Source of the DNA: Mobula hypostoma | Lineage: Eukaryota | Reading direction: 5' to 3' | NCBI RefSeq assembly: GCF_963921235.1 | Contig: NC_086121.1 | Coordinates: forward strand, 44,144,001 to 44,208,000 | DNA: 64,000 nt | Shown here: piece after piece, positions 26,625-39,692 of the stretch | How the letters are laid out: every line of letters starts with the position of its first letter | How positions within the stretch are numbered: position 1 is the first letter of the stretch | Notes under the pieces: model-generated | What the model was told of the DNA's origin: nothing | Databases searched by the model: none | The model's input: the letters and a program-made list of their open reading frames with translations, nothing else | Translations under genes and position numbers: made by a program

Positions 26625-29278
26625 GCTTGTTATTTCTTCAAAGAATTCCAACAGGTTTGTCAGGCAAGATTTTCCCATGAGGAAACCACGTTGACTATGG
26701 TCTGTTTTATCATGTACCTGCAAGTACCTGCAGGTTGTGACTTAGGAGCCTGATTGAATTTTTTGAGGATGTAACTAAACACATTGATGAAGGAACAGCA
26801 GTAGATGTAGTGTATATGGATTTCAGCAAGGCATTTGATAAAGTACCCCATGCCAAGCTTGTTGAGAAAGTAAGGAGGCATGGGATCCAAGGGGACATTG
26901 CTTTGTGGATCCAGACTGGCTCACCCACGGAAGGCAAAGAGTGGTTATAGATGGGTCATATTCTGCATGGAGGTCGGTGACCAGTGTTGTGACTCAGGGC
27001 TCTGTTCTGGGACCCCTACTCTTTGTGATTTTTATAAATGACCTGGATGAGGAAGTGGCTGATGACACAAAGGTTGGGGTGTTGTGGATAGTCTGGAGGG
27101 CTGTCAAAGGTTACAATGGGACATCGATAGAATGCAAAACTGGGCTGAAAATTGGCAGATGGAGTTCAACCCAGATAAGTGTGAAGTGGTTCAGTTTGGT
27201 AGGTTAGATATGATGGCAGAATATAGTATTAATGGTAACACTCTTGGCAGTGTGGAAGATCAGAGGGATCTTGGGGTCCAAGTTCATAGGACACTCAAAG
27301 CTGCTACGCAGGTTGACTCTGTGGTTAAGAAGGCATACGGTACATTGGCCTTCATAAACAGTGGGATTAAGTTTAGGAGCTGAGAGGTAATGTTGCAGCT
27401 ATATAGGACCGTGGTCAGTCCCCACTTGGAGCACTGTGCTCAGTTCTGGTCGCTTCAATACAGGAAGAATGTGGAAACCATAGAAAAGGTGCAGAGGAGG
27501 TTTGCAATGCTATTGCCTGGGTTGGGGAGCATGCCTTCTGAGAATAGGTTGAGTAAACTCGGCCTTTTCTCCTTGAAGTGACAGAGGATGAGAGGTGTAT
27601 ATGATGATGAGAGGCATTGATCATGTGGATAGTCAGAGGCTGTTTCCCAGGTCTGAAATGGCTAGAACAAGAGGGCAGATTTTTAACGTACTTGGAAGCA
27701 GGTACAGAGGAGATGTCAGGGGTAAGTTTTTTACTCAGAGTGGTGAGTGCGTGGAATGGGCTGCCGGTGGCGGCGGTGGAGGCTGAGGAAATGATAGGGT
27801 CTTTTAGGAGACTCCTGGATAGGTACATGGAGTTTAGAAAAATAGAGGGCTGTGGGTAAGCCTAGGTAGTTCTAAGGTAAGGACATGATCGGCGCAGCTT
27901 TATCGGCCGAAAGGCCTGGATTGTGCTCTAGGTTTTCTACGTTTCTGTGTTTCTACCCTGAAACCATATCCTTAACAATTGACTCCAACATCTTCTCAAC
28001 CAATGAGTGCAGACTAACTGGTCTCTCATTTGCATTATTCTACCTCTCTTCCTTCTTGAAGAGTGGATCGACATTTGCAATTTTCTAGTCTTCCAGAATC
28101 TAATGATTCTTGAAAGATCAGTATTAAAACTTCCGCAATGTCTTCACCATCTCCTTCAGAACCCTTTGAGTGGATACCACCTGGTCCAGGTGACTTGTAT
28201 ACCTTCAAACCTTTCAGTTTCCCAAGAAGCTTCTCTGTAATATTGACAACTTCAGACACTTTCCTCCTGACACTCTCGAACATCCAGTATACTGCTGGTG
28301 TCTTCCACTGTGAAGACTGATGAACTTCATCCGCTGTTTCCTTGCACCCAATTACAACCTCTCCAGTGTCACTTTCCAGTGCTCCAATATCCACTCTCAC
28401 CTCTCTGTTACACTTTATGTACCTGAAGAAACTTTTCGTACCCTCTTTATTATTGGCTAGTATACTTTTGTATCATCTCATTCTTAATAGTTTTTTGATT
28501 TTGTGAAGAAACTCAATCAAGTTTGTAAGGAACAAATTGCCCTGAACAAAGCCGTGTTGGCTCTCCCAGTACACAACAGTACAAATAACAAATGTCCAGC
28601 TGCAATAATTCCCTTCAACTACTACCCCCAGTCTTTTATAAGCAAACTAGTTCTGAATTCAAGTGACCAATTTGCCACTGATCCCATACACCTTAATCTT
28701 CTCATAAGGAAGATTTTGAAATGCCTTGGTAAAATCCAGGTAGGCAACATCCACAGTTCTAGCTCCATCCATCACCTTTGTCAAAAAACTAATCAAGATT
28801 TGCCCATCCCATGCTGGCTCTCCTTAATTAGTACATGATTTTGTAAATACTCTTAAATTCTACCCCGAAGAATTCTCTCCAGTAACTTCCTTACCATTGA
28901 CATGAGACACACAGGTGTATCATTTCCAGGATTATCTCTTCTTCCCTCTGAATAATGCAACAACATTAGCTACCTGCCAGTCCTCTGGGATGTTGCCTGT
29001 GGCTAGAGATGATGCAAGCATATTGGTCAAGGCCCTAGCAGTCTCTTCTTTTGCCTCTCTCAATAAGCTGTTGTATATCCCATCAGGTCCCGGGGATTTG
29101 TTCATGTTAATTCTCTTTAAGAGACTCAACACTCTCTCCTGATTTATTTCAAAATGCAGTAGCATATCAGAATTTTCACCAATGAACTCCCTATACAAGT
29201 CATTCTCCTTTGTAACCACGGATATAAAGTACTCTGATGGACCTCACCCATGTCCTCCACATCCAAGCTAATATTTCC
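26625..29278 (-). mobile_element. Minus-strand CR1 fragments with a nested plus-strand CR1 (about 26735-27952)
   Basis: KSPGPGGIH, KSPGPDGIY...WQVANVVALF on minus; [28 protein letters not shown] on plus. Confidence 0.85.
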
Positions 29279-29283
29279 AACAG

Positions 29284-29381
29284 GTGTAATGTTGCTGTTG
29301 GATTCTATTGTGAGAACGACCAGCAAAGTGATCAGAGCTGCCAAGATTACAGAATACGATTCACCTGCCCTCCATCATTTT
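29284..29381 (+). pseudogene. Orphan second-half CysD/WxxW exon (CNVAVGFYCENDQQSDQSCQDYRIRFTCPPSF); partner first-half exon missing
   Basis: 98-nt paralog of 51330-51427 with the same aacag|G acceptor and T|gtaagt donor. It starts in phase 2, but I find no phase-2 donor exon upstream. A CR1 fragment abuts the acceptor. Confidence 0.75.
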
Positions 29382-29722
29382 GTAAGTATGGGAAAATGGA
29401 AGTCATGGAGTTCAGAACATCAGCTATAGAATGACGGTTGGATCTTTAGCTGATTTAATGCAGTCTGAGCTGATCATTCCCTCTCCCACCGTCTTACTAA
29501 AGGTATCTATGTTCACTTCTGTATTGTCCAAAATTCCAGTTACCCATATCTTGAACACTCCTTATTTGACACTTCCTGGAGTTTGAGAAAGCCTTGGAAC
29601 CCTGGGTGACAGGTGAGGCCCAGGTGGGAAGAGAAGACACTTCCACAGATAGCCCATGTGATGATTGACTGTCAATAATTTAAAAATTGCTATTAACTGA
29701 ATTGTTTTGTTTCTGCTTTTAG

Positions 29723-29749
29723 GTGCTGTTCTTTCTACTCCAGATACAT
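29723..29749 (+). CDS. 27-nt symmetric microexon, (S/C)AVLSTPDT
   Basis: Same acceptor context as the downstream microexons (ttaactgaattgttttgtttctgcttttag), donor gtgagtatatc, phase 1-1. Confidence 0.75.
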
Positions 29750-30287
29750 GTGAGTATATCCTGTCCACTCTAAATAGGAAGATCTTTGACTAATGTTCAA
29801 CTGCAACTTCAAGCCTCATCTGGCTGTTTTAAGAGCTCCTTGATATGAATTTTATTGAATCGCGCTTCCAACCTCGTAAAATATGGCCATAAGACCTTTC
29901 CTTCTCAAACAATTCGATGCATTTAGATCACTAACCATTCCCTCATTCTGTGGGTTAGTCTGGCACTGGAATTGCAACAATCCAATTGGCGCCCATATTT
30001 TCCATTCATCTGTCACCAGTTCCAAATGGTCAACTTAGATTGACTGCTGTTTAAAAGCAACATCTAGTGACCTATGTATGACTATGTAGAACATGCTTCA
30101 TGCAGAATTATTTACTGATGTCCCTCTGGGTGGGACAGAATATGAAGAAAAAAGAAAACGCATTTAAGTTCCAAAGAGGTCAGGTAGCACCACACTCACA
30201 AACGGAGTTCAGTATTTATCAAAGCAACACACATCAAAGTTGCTGGTGAACGCAGCAGGCCAGGCAGCATCTCTAGGAAGAGGTACA

Positions 30288-30321
30288 GTTGACGTTTCAG
30301 GCCGAGACCCTTCGTCAGGAC
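30288..30321 (-). ncRNA. Minimal type I hammerhead ribozyme motif
   Basis: Reverse complement reads GTC-CTGACGA-AGGGTCTCGGCCT-GAAAC-GTC-AAC. Confidence 0.65.
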
Positions 30322-33300
30322 TAACTGAAGGAAGAGTTAGTAATAGATTTGAAAGTGGGAGGGGGAGGGGGAGATCCAAAATGATAGGATAAGACAGGAG
30401 GGGGAGGGATAGAGCCAAGAGCTGACAGGTGATTGGCAAAGGGGATATGAGAGGATCATGGGACAGGAGGTCCGGGGAGAAAGACAAGGGCGGGGGGGGG
30501 GAACCCAGAGGATGAGCAAGGAGTATAGTCAGAGGGACAGAGGGAGAAAAAGGAGAGCGAGAGAAAGAAAGTGTGTATAAAAATAAATAACGGATGGGAT
30601 ACAAGGGGGAGGTGGGGCATTAGCGGAAGCTGGAGAAGTCAATGTTCATGCCATCAGGTTGGAGGCTACCCAGATGGAATATAAGGTGTTGTTCCTCCAA
30701 CCTGAGTGTGGCTTCATCTCTACAGTAGAGGAGGCCGTAGATAGACATGTCATAATGGGACTGGGATGTGGAATTAAAATGTGTGGCCACTGGGAGATCC
30801 TGCTTTCTCTGGCGGACAAAGCATAGGTGTTCAGCAAAACGGTCTCCCAGTCTGCGTCAGGTCTTGCCAATATATAGGAGGCCACATCAGGAGCACCGGA
30901 CGCAGTATATCACCCCAGCCGACTCACAGGTAAAGTGTCGCCTCACCTGGAAGGACTCTCTGGGGCCCTGAATGGTAGTGAGGGAGGAAGTGTATGGGCA
31001 TGTGTAGCATTTGTTCCGCTTACAAGGGTAAGTGCCAGGAGGGAGATCAGTGGGGAGGGATGAGAGGGACGAGTGGACAAGGGAGTCGAGTAGGGAGCGA
31101 TCCCTGTGGAAAGCAGAGAGTGGGGGGAGGGAAAGATGTGCTTAGTGGTGGGATTCCGTTGGAGGTGGCAGAAGTTACGGAGAATAATATGTTGGACCCG
31201 GAGGCTGGTGGGGTAGTAGGTGAGGACCAGGGGAACCCTATTCCTAGTGGGGTGGCGGGAGGATGGAGTGAGAGCAGATGTGCGTGAAATGGGGGAGATG
31301 TGTTTGAGAGCAGAGCTGATGGTGGAGGAAGGGAAGCCCCTTTCTTTAAAAAAGGAAGACATTTCCCTCATCCTGGAATGAAAAGCCTCATCCTAAGAGC
31401 AGATGGAGACGGAGGAATTGCGAGAAGGGGATGGCATTTTTGCAAGAGACAGGGTGAGAAGAGGAGTAGTCCAGATAGCTGTGAGAGTCAGTAGGCGTAT
31501 AGTAGACATCAGTGGATAAGCTGTCTCCAGAAATAGAGACAGAAAGATCTAGAAAGGGGAGGGAAGTGTTGGAAATGGACCAGGTAAACTTGAGGGCAGG
31601 GTGAAAGTTGGAGGCAAAGTTAATAAAGTCAACGAGCTCAGCATGTGTGCAGGAAGCAGCGCCAATGCAGTCATTGATGTAGCGAAGGAAAAGAGGGGGA
31701 CAGATACCAGAATAGGCACAGAACATAGATTGTTCCACAAAGCCAACAAGGCAGGCAGGCATAGCTAGGACCCATATGGGTGCCCATAGCTGCACCTTTA
31801 GTTTGGAGGAAGTGAGAGAAGCCAAAAGGAGAAATTATTAAGAGTAAGCACTAATTCCGTTAGACGGAGCAGAGTGGTGGTAGAGGGGAACTGATTAGGT
31901 CTGGAATCCAAAAAGAAGTGGAGAGCTTTGAGACCCTCCTGACGGGGGATGGAAGTATATAGGGACTGGACATCCATGGTGAAAATAAAGCGGTGGGGGC
32001 CAGGGAACTTAAAATCATCGAAAAGTTTAAGAGCGTGAGAAGCGTCACGAACATAGGTAGGAAGGGATTGAACAAGGGGGGATAAAACCGTGTCGAGGTA
32101 TGCAGAAACGAGTTCGGTGGGGCAGGAGCAAGCTGAGACAATAAGTCTGCCAGGAAAGGCAGGTTTGTGGATCTTGGGTAGGAGGTAGAAACGGGAAGTG
32201 CGAGGTGTGGGAACTATAAGGTTGGTAGCAGTGGATGGGAGATCCCCTGAGCGGATAAAGTCAATGATGGTGTGGGAGACAATGGCCTGGTGCTCCTTAG
32301 TGGGGTCACGATCGAGGGGTAAATACGAGGAGGTATCCGCGAGCTGTCGCTGTGCCTCAGCAAAGTAGAGGTCAGTACTACCTTCTACCTTCTACCTCCT
32401 ACCCAAGATATAGTTCCCACACCTCGCACTTCCCGTTTCTACCTCCTACCCAAGATCCACAAACCTGCCTTTCCTGGCAGACTTATTGTCTCAGCTTGCT
32501 CCTGCCCCACCGAACTCGTTTCATTCCAGGACTAGGGAGATGTCTTCCTTTTTTAAAGAAAGGGGCTTCCCTTCCTCCACCATCAACTCTGCTCTCAAAC
32601 GCATCTCCCTCATTTCACGCACATCTGCTCTCACTCCATCCTCCCGCCACCCCACTAGGAATAGGGTTCCCCTGGTCCTCACCAACCACCCCACCAGCCT
32701 CCAGGTCCAACATATTATTCTCCGTAACTTCCGCCACCTCCAACGGGATCCCACCACTAAGCACATCTTTCCCTCCCCAACCTGCTTTCCGCAGGGATCG
32801 CTCCCTACGCGACTCCCTTGTCCATTCATCCCCCCCATCCCTCCCCACTAATCTCCCTCCTGGCACTTATCCTTGTAAGCCGAACAAGTGCTACACATGC
32901 CCTTACACTTCCTCCCTTACTACCATTCAAGGCCCTGGACAGTCGTTCCAGGTGAGGCGACACTTCACCTGTGAGTTGGCTGGGGTGATATACTGTGTTC
33001 AGTGCTCCCGATGTGGCCTTCTATATATTGGCAAGACCTGACGCAGACTGGGAGTTCGTCTCACTGAACACCTACGCTCTGTCCGCCAGAGAAAGCAGGA
33101 TCTCCCAGTGGCCACACATTTTAATTCCACATCCCATTCCCATTCTGACATGTCTATCCACGGCCTCCTCTACTGTAAAGATGAAGCCACACTCAGGTTG
33201 GAGGAACAACACCTTATATTCTGTCTGGGTAGCCTCCAACCTGATGGCATGAACATTGACTTCTCCAACTTCCGCTAATGCCCCACCTCCCCGTCGTATC

Positions 33301-33569
33301 CCATCCGTTATTTATATTTATACACACACATTCTTTCTCTCTCTCCTTTTTCTCCCTCTGTCCCTCTGACTATACCCCTTGCCAATCCTCTGGTTCCCCC
33401 CCTTGTCTTTCTCCCCGGATCTCCTGTCCCATGATCCTCTCATATCCCCTTTGCCTATCACCTGTCCAGCTCCTGGCTCCATCCCTCCCCCTCCTGTCTT
33501 CTCCTATCATTTTGGATCTCCCCCTCCCCTTCCCACTTTCAAATCTCTTACTAACTCTTCCTTCAGTTG

Positions 33570-33603
33570 GTCCTGACGAAGGGTCTCGGCCTGAAACGTT
33601 GAC
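33570..33603 (+). ncRNA. Minimal type I hammerhead ribozyme motif
   Basis: GTC-CTGACGA-AGGGTCTCGGCCT-GAAAC-GTT-GAC. Confidence 0.7.
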
Positions 33604-35142
33604 TGTACCTCTTCCTAGAGATGCTGCCTGGCCTGCTGCGTTCACCAGCAACTTTGATGTGTGTTGTTTGAATTTCCAGCATCTGCAGAATTCCTGTAGT
33701 TCAGTATTTATCGAATAGATGATGTGCTCAGAACCTTCCATCAACAACCTGGCAGAAATATCACTGAGAACAGTCATGTTGAGTTGATATGGAAGAAAAG
33801 CCTGACAGTCATAAGTTTTATCAACAGTCTCTGATGAACACTGGCTCAGCTGTTGTCCATTGGAACACCAACGAGTCAATCTTGATTTTAAAGGGAGTAA
33901 TGGGGTTGTGTACTCATCTACATTGTTGAGTCTGTAGAACAACTGGGCAATTAACAAAGGTATAAATTAACACATCCCCAAGAATTGGCCAATTGTTGGA
34001 CAACACAATGATAAATAAAATCTAGCCATTTTTGATGGATGTCTGGACATTTGTCATAGCCGAGACGTCCACCAATAACATTGTTGCTACGCTTGCATTA
34101 GGAGCTGAGCTGAAGCTGCGTGTTCTGCATTCATTTGTTCACCTTCTGACACTTCAAGCACACTCCTCTGATCACTATATTGAAGGAACACATGCAGTGA
34201 CATATTCACTACTCACTGGTGTGGGTGCGCTCATGCTTATGCAGCTCAACACCATTCAGAGTCCAATATATTTCTCTTGCGTCAGCATCCTGAAGCTACA
34301 AATAGTACAATCTGCAGTGCACATTGTAATAACTGATCGTGTTTAACCCCAGCTATGCCTGCCTTTCATTGGCATCGTGGAACAAGCCATGATCTGAATT
34401 TACACTAGTAACACTCCTCAACTCTTTCTCTGCTACGGTGAGGGTGTTGTTTCTGCACCTGTGTGGAAATTACGCAGCATCTCTGGAAAGAAAATCATGT
34501 TGACACCTGAACCTTTAACTTGGAGCTTTGAGTGTGAGTAGGTATTTCCAGTAGGATGGCAGCATGGTCAGATGCAGCAGCTACCTGTGTCCAATCGAAC
34601 TTCTCTTTGTTCATCCTTTATATCTTCTTTTTATGATCGCAGGTCACTGCAAAGTACTGCAGGACTGTCCCATCAGTGAGTTGTTTGATAACGATGGAGC
34701 TGGACTTGTTGCGTATCACTGTTTTGTTTCCACCTGGACTTGTTGCACCATAATGGTGCATGGTGCGAGTGGATGTTTTTATTGGGATTACAAGCCCCTG
34801 TTGAACTTTGGTAATGTGGTATACTGTGGAGCCGTGTTGCCTCAGCATTGGCGAGAACTAGTCCAAATGCATGGGCTTGCATTTTGCATCCACCCAGGAG
34901 AGGAACTGCCGAGGCAATGTTTGGGAAATTCCATGTGGAGTGCTAGAATCCATATTGGGTTGGAACCTGGTGACTCCTTTCAGTGCTGCTCTCCAGTGGA
35001 CCAGAACTTTTCTGAAATTGTAACATATCTGCTATTTGTTCCACAGCATGTGCTATGTGCTGTTGGTAACATATATTGCACCTTGGCCCTGGAAATATGC
35101 TGCTTCATTAGCCGTATTCATATATGGTTATACCATAATTAA

Positions 35143-36033
35143 ACATAGAAAACATAGAAAATAGGTGCAGGAGTAGGCCATTCGGCCCTTCGAGCCTGCA
35201 CCACCATTTATTATGATCATGGCTGATCATCCAACTCAGAACCCTACACCAGCCTTCCCTCCATACCCTCTGATCCCCCTAGCCACAAGGGCTATATCTA
35301 ACTCCCTCTTAAATATAGCCAATGAACCGGCCTCAACTGCTTCCTGTGGCAGAGAATTCCACAGATTCACCACTCTGTGTGAAGAAGCTTCTCCTAATCT
35401 CAGTCCTAAAAGGCTTCGCCTTTATCCTCAAACCGTGACCCCTCGTTCTGGACTTCCCCAACATCGGGAACAATCTTCCTGCATCTAACCGGTCCAATCC
35501 CTTTAGGATTTTATACGTTTCAATCAGATCCCCCCTCAATCTTCTAAATTCCAACGAGTACAAGCCTAGTTCATCCAGTCTTTCTTCATATGAAAGTCCT
35601 GCCATCCCAGGAATCAATCTGGTGAACCTTCTTTATTCTCCCTCTATGGCAAGGATGTGTTTCCTCAGATTAGGGGACCAAAACTGCACACAATACTCCA
35701 GGTGTGGTCTTACCAAGGCCTTGTACAACTGCAGTAGTACCTCCCTGCTCCTGTACTCGAATCCTCTTGCAATGAATGCAGCATACCATTTGCCTTTTTC
35801 ACCGCCTGCTGTACCTGCATGCCCACATTCAATGACTGGTGTATAATGACACCCAGGTCTTGTTGCACCTCCCCTTTTCCTAATCGGCCACCATTCAGAT
35901 AATAATCTCTTTTCATATTTTTGCCACCAAAGTGGATAACTTCACATTTATCCACATTAAATTGCATCTGCCATGAATTTTCCCACTCACCCAACCTATC
36001 CAAGTCACCCTGCATCCTCTTAGCATCCTCCTC
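35143..36033 (-). mobile_element. Young CR1 3' end
   Basis: MIPGMAGLSYEERLDELGLYSLEFRRLRGDLIETYKIL; (tttctatg)n tail. Confidence 0.9.
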
Positions 36034-38498
36034 CTTGAAGTTGAACTTGAACTTGAGATAGGTGCTAACAAAGTTTGAAGAGGTTTTATACAAACTCACA
36101 GCATGGCGGAAAACAGGCAAGTTGGGTAAAATGCTGAGAAATGGAAAGACATCCACATCTGTGCACAAAAGAGAAAAGCAAATTATTTGTTGACTGCTGA
36201 CTGATTGCAAAATACCAATGTTCACAATGACCTTGGTATTCTTGGAGAGAATTCAGTGAAATCTAATGAGCACCTGCAGTATTTAGTGAGGCAAATGCTC
36301 TGTATTACATGTGGATTTAGATAAAGGTGTCTTTCTGTACCTAATGTGGAGATAGTGACACCTTAACTATTGTGTGCAGTGTTAGTCTTATCAAAGAAGA
36401 ATTATTACTTGGAATTCACTGTCCCCGGGTACTCTGTTGTTATGCTAAGGGTAGCAATGGAAATGAGTCTGGCTAGGGGACTGGAGTTTCAGTGCAGAAT
36501 AATCTTACGAACAGTGATCATAACTCTGTCAGATTTAGGATTGTTACGGATGATGATAGGAATTAGGAGAAGATTGGACCTTGGGAGTAAGCGACTAAAA
36601 TGGAAAAACTAGCAAGAACTGCATGAGGAAGCGACTGGGGATAGTAGATATTGAGTAGCTGCTATTGGGCTAGTCCAAATATGAAATGTGGGAGTCATTA
36701 AAGCACCAGTGGTAAGAACACAGACCAAAATATTCCTGTGAGGAACAAAGATGAGATTGGTTGATTTTGGGATCCTTAGACAAACGGACTCAGTGTAAAT
36801 TTAGGCAGAAATCCAAAGGAAATATATGTAAGGTTTAGGAAGCTAAAATCAGTTTGGGCTCCTGCAGAATATGAAGGAAACATGGAAGTGTGTTCACAGG
36901 GAATCATGAGGTCTAAGCGTTGTCAAAAATATCCTCGGTGAGAATAACTAAGGTAAATACTGAGGATTTAATGCAAACATCATAAACAAGAAGGTAGCTG
37001 GATAGATGGTATTACCTTTAGAACAAAGGAGGGAAATTATACCTGCAGACTAATCAAGTGGGTGAAGAATATGTAAGTTTGCTCTTGGGATCAGTAAGTA
37101 CCAAGGAGGACATGGAGCACGTGGAGCTCAGGAACAGGTATGTGACTATCATGAATGATGAGAGCAGCAATTTTCAGTATTAGTCTTTTGGTAACTCCTC
37201 TTTCAGTAATCACACTTCAGTATGTATGCATGCAGGTACTATCTGTGTAGAGAAAAGACCCTCTTTACTACCTACTCCACCTTAATTATTTTGGCACTTG
37301 TTATCCATTTGCTTTGCATGTGACATTGGTAGATTTGTGAATTTCATTTCTCAGCAGTTGAAGGCAAAGTAGGACAGATTATACTTGGCACAAATAGTGA
37401 ACTGCTTAAGACCCACAAAAATATTGAGGCAGAGACGATATTTGACTGGAGGAGATGCAGGAAATATAGACAAGAATTTGGGAGACAGTGACAATTTTGA
37501 GATTAACGATCCACTGGTAATTTCCAGAGCTGGAGGTTTATTGATGACAGGATGGATGACAGGAGTTAAAACATAGACCATAGAACAAAACAGCACAAGA
37601 ACAGACCTTTTGGCCCACTTTGTTATAATCAACCTATTAATATTCAAATAGTCAACAAAACTAATCCCTCTATCTACTGTCACGTGACCGGCAACAATGT
37701 ATATCAATTGAGTCAGGTTTTATACAAACAAACATATATTAAATTCTGCTCAACAATAGCAAATAATATTCAAACGACTAATTTAACCGAAGTTAACTGC
37801 TATATGGCAACTCTGGAACAGTTCTTAAAAGGGTGTATGTGAAAACAGTTCTTAAAGTGGTAAATTCGAACACAGTTTTTAGAATGGTAAATTCGAAAGT
37901 CCAAAAGATTTATACAGTCAATTAGGAGAGACTTTCCTGAAGTAAAGAATTCCTCAAAGACATGACGTTACTGCTGATCCCAGCCGAAACCTGCCTTGTC
38001 CACAGGATTCACAATGATGGAAATAAAATGGTTTAAAGGAACTGACCTTTTCTTCTGGAGAATAGACACTGCACAATCCTTCCTGCTTTTGTCACAATGA
38101 GGTGCTGGGAATGGACCCAAATGCGAGACACAGACACTGAAGTACAAGGAACAGGACTTGACTAGAGCAGGGACGTGACAGGATACAGGCAAGGAGCAGG
38201 GACAAGAACGCAGACTTGGGCTAGGGAAAGGGGGACCAGGACTAGAAACCAAGGGCTAGGAGACAAGGCATCGACTCCGAGTCCGAGACTGGAGAAGGAC
38301 CCAGAACCTGAGACTTGCCTCGGGCTTGGACCCCAGAACCAGGCAAGGACATAACATGGCTTCAGGACAGGACATAGCTGGGGACTAGAGGCCTGAGCTT
38401 GGAGACAGGCTGGGCTCTTTGTCATGAGGCTGGGGTCTCGAGTCTGGAGCTTGGAAGCTGGGGACTTCAGGCTTGTGTTCTTGGAGCTTGGCTTGGGA

Positions 38499-38609
38499 TC
38501 CTCGAGGCTGGCGTTCCCGGAGCTCGGCTGCGGGGTCCTCGAGGCTGGCGTTCCCGGAGCTCGGCTGCGGGGTCCTCGAGGCTGGCGTTCCCGGAGCTCG
38601 GCTGCGGGA
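38499..38609. repeat. GC/CpG-rich 37-bp minisatellite, 3 copies
   Basis: (tcctcgaggctggcgttcccggagctcggctgcgggg)x3. Confidence 0.9.
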
Positions 38610-38759
38610 TCTTCATCTTGAAATGCGGAAGCTGATAACTCGGAGGCTGGAGCTGAGAGATAGACTGGGAACTGAACATCAACATAGGGCTGGAACTTGT
38701 CCTTCGAAAATCCGGGACTCATCGTTAACAGGACATGAACATGAGACAGGACAGTACAG

Positions 38760-39692
38760 TGTTACGTACCCCGTAACTGGGTTGCCAAACCAGCAGAAAT
38801 GGATCACTCAGTTGGAGTCTGGATTACTAGAACTAAGAAACACAGTCATCGAAAGGATAATAAATGCAACAGTTCAGCAATGATAAATACACATGTGCAC
38901 AGAATTAAGATAACAGCATCAATCAAGCTCTATCGTTGTCTAGGGGTAAATGACCAATTTCGAAGTGACACAAAAGTCCAGTTCGATTTAATAGTTCAGT
39001 TTGCAGTAATCGTTGCCATGGCGATGGACAACGTGGGGGGAGGGAGAGAGAGAATGGGAACGACTGATCATTCAGACACGGCTTCCACTCACAGACCGGC
39101 GATATTTCTCACAAGCAGCTTTCGGGCAGGTCCTTGGTGATGTCACCTGAGGTCACCGACTGTGACCCCTCCTCCAGATGCGGTCGATCCTCTGCAGTGA
39201 ACCCGGCACCCAAGCGAGGGTGGACACACACCGGGTTCCCGCTGATCGTACCTTTCCACCCTGTGCGTTTAAGGTCCGATACTTCCCACCGACTCGTGAG
39301 AGGCGCACCGCTTCCAGGGTCTCGTTACCTCGGGTGTCGTGTGTCTTGCCTTAGCGAATCTGTCCCTTTTTATCCCCCTGCTGGGGTATCGCCTGTCCAT
39401 CACTTCAAACAGTTCAAGGTTCAAAGGGGGAGCCGCTCCAGACATCTCTCTCGCCCGTCCCTTCATTACACATCTCCAGATCGCCTGTCCATCACTTCAA
39501 ACAGTTCAGGGTTCAAAGGGGGAGCCGCTCCAGACAGCTCTCTCTCCCGTCCCTTCATTACACATCTCCAGACGCTGCTCCATTGTTCCTTATCTCTCCT
39601 TCCCCTGAGGACAGGTGGCAGACCACTTGCTGATGCCACTGATGCTAACCCAGGCCAGCAAACATCTTAATTTTATGTGTATTCTCGTCACA
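38760..39692. mobile_element. Solo LTR (inner), probable 4-bp TSD ACAG/ATAG
   Basis: acag|TGTTACG...CGTCACA|atag; contains a tandem duplication of about 92 bp (39388-39571). Confidence 0.7.

Larger units (their letters stand above)
30221..33697. mobile_element. Inverted Penelope insertion with both 3' ends pointing outward and a 15-bp target-site duplication
   Basis: Minus arm about 30221-32378 and plus arm about 32379-33697; TSD agttcagtatttatc at 30206-30220 and 33698-33712. Confidence 0.92.
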
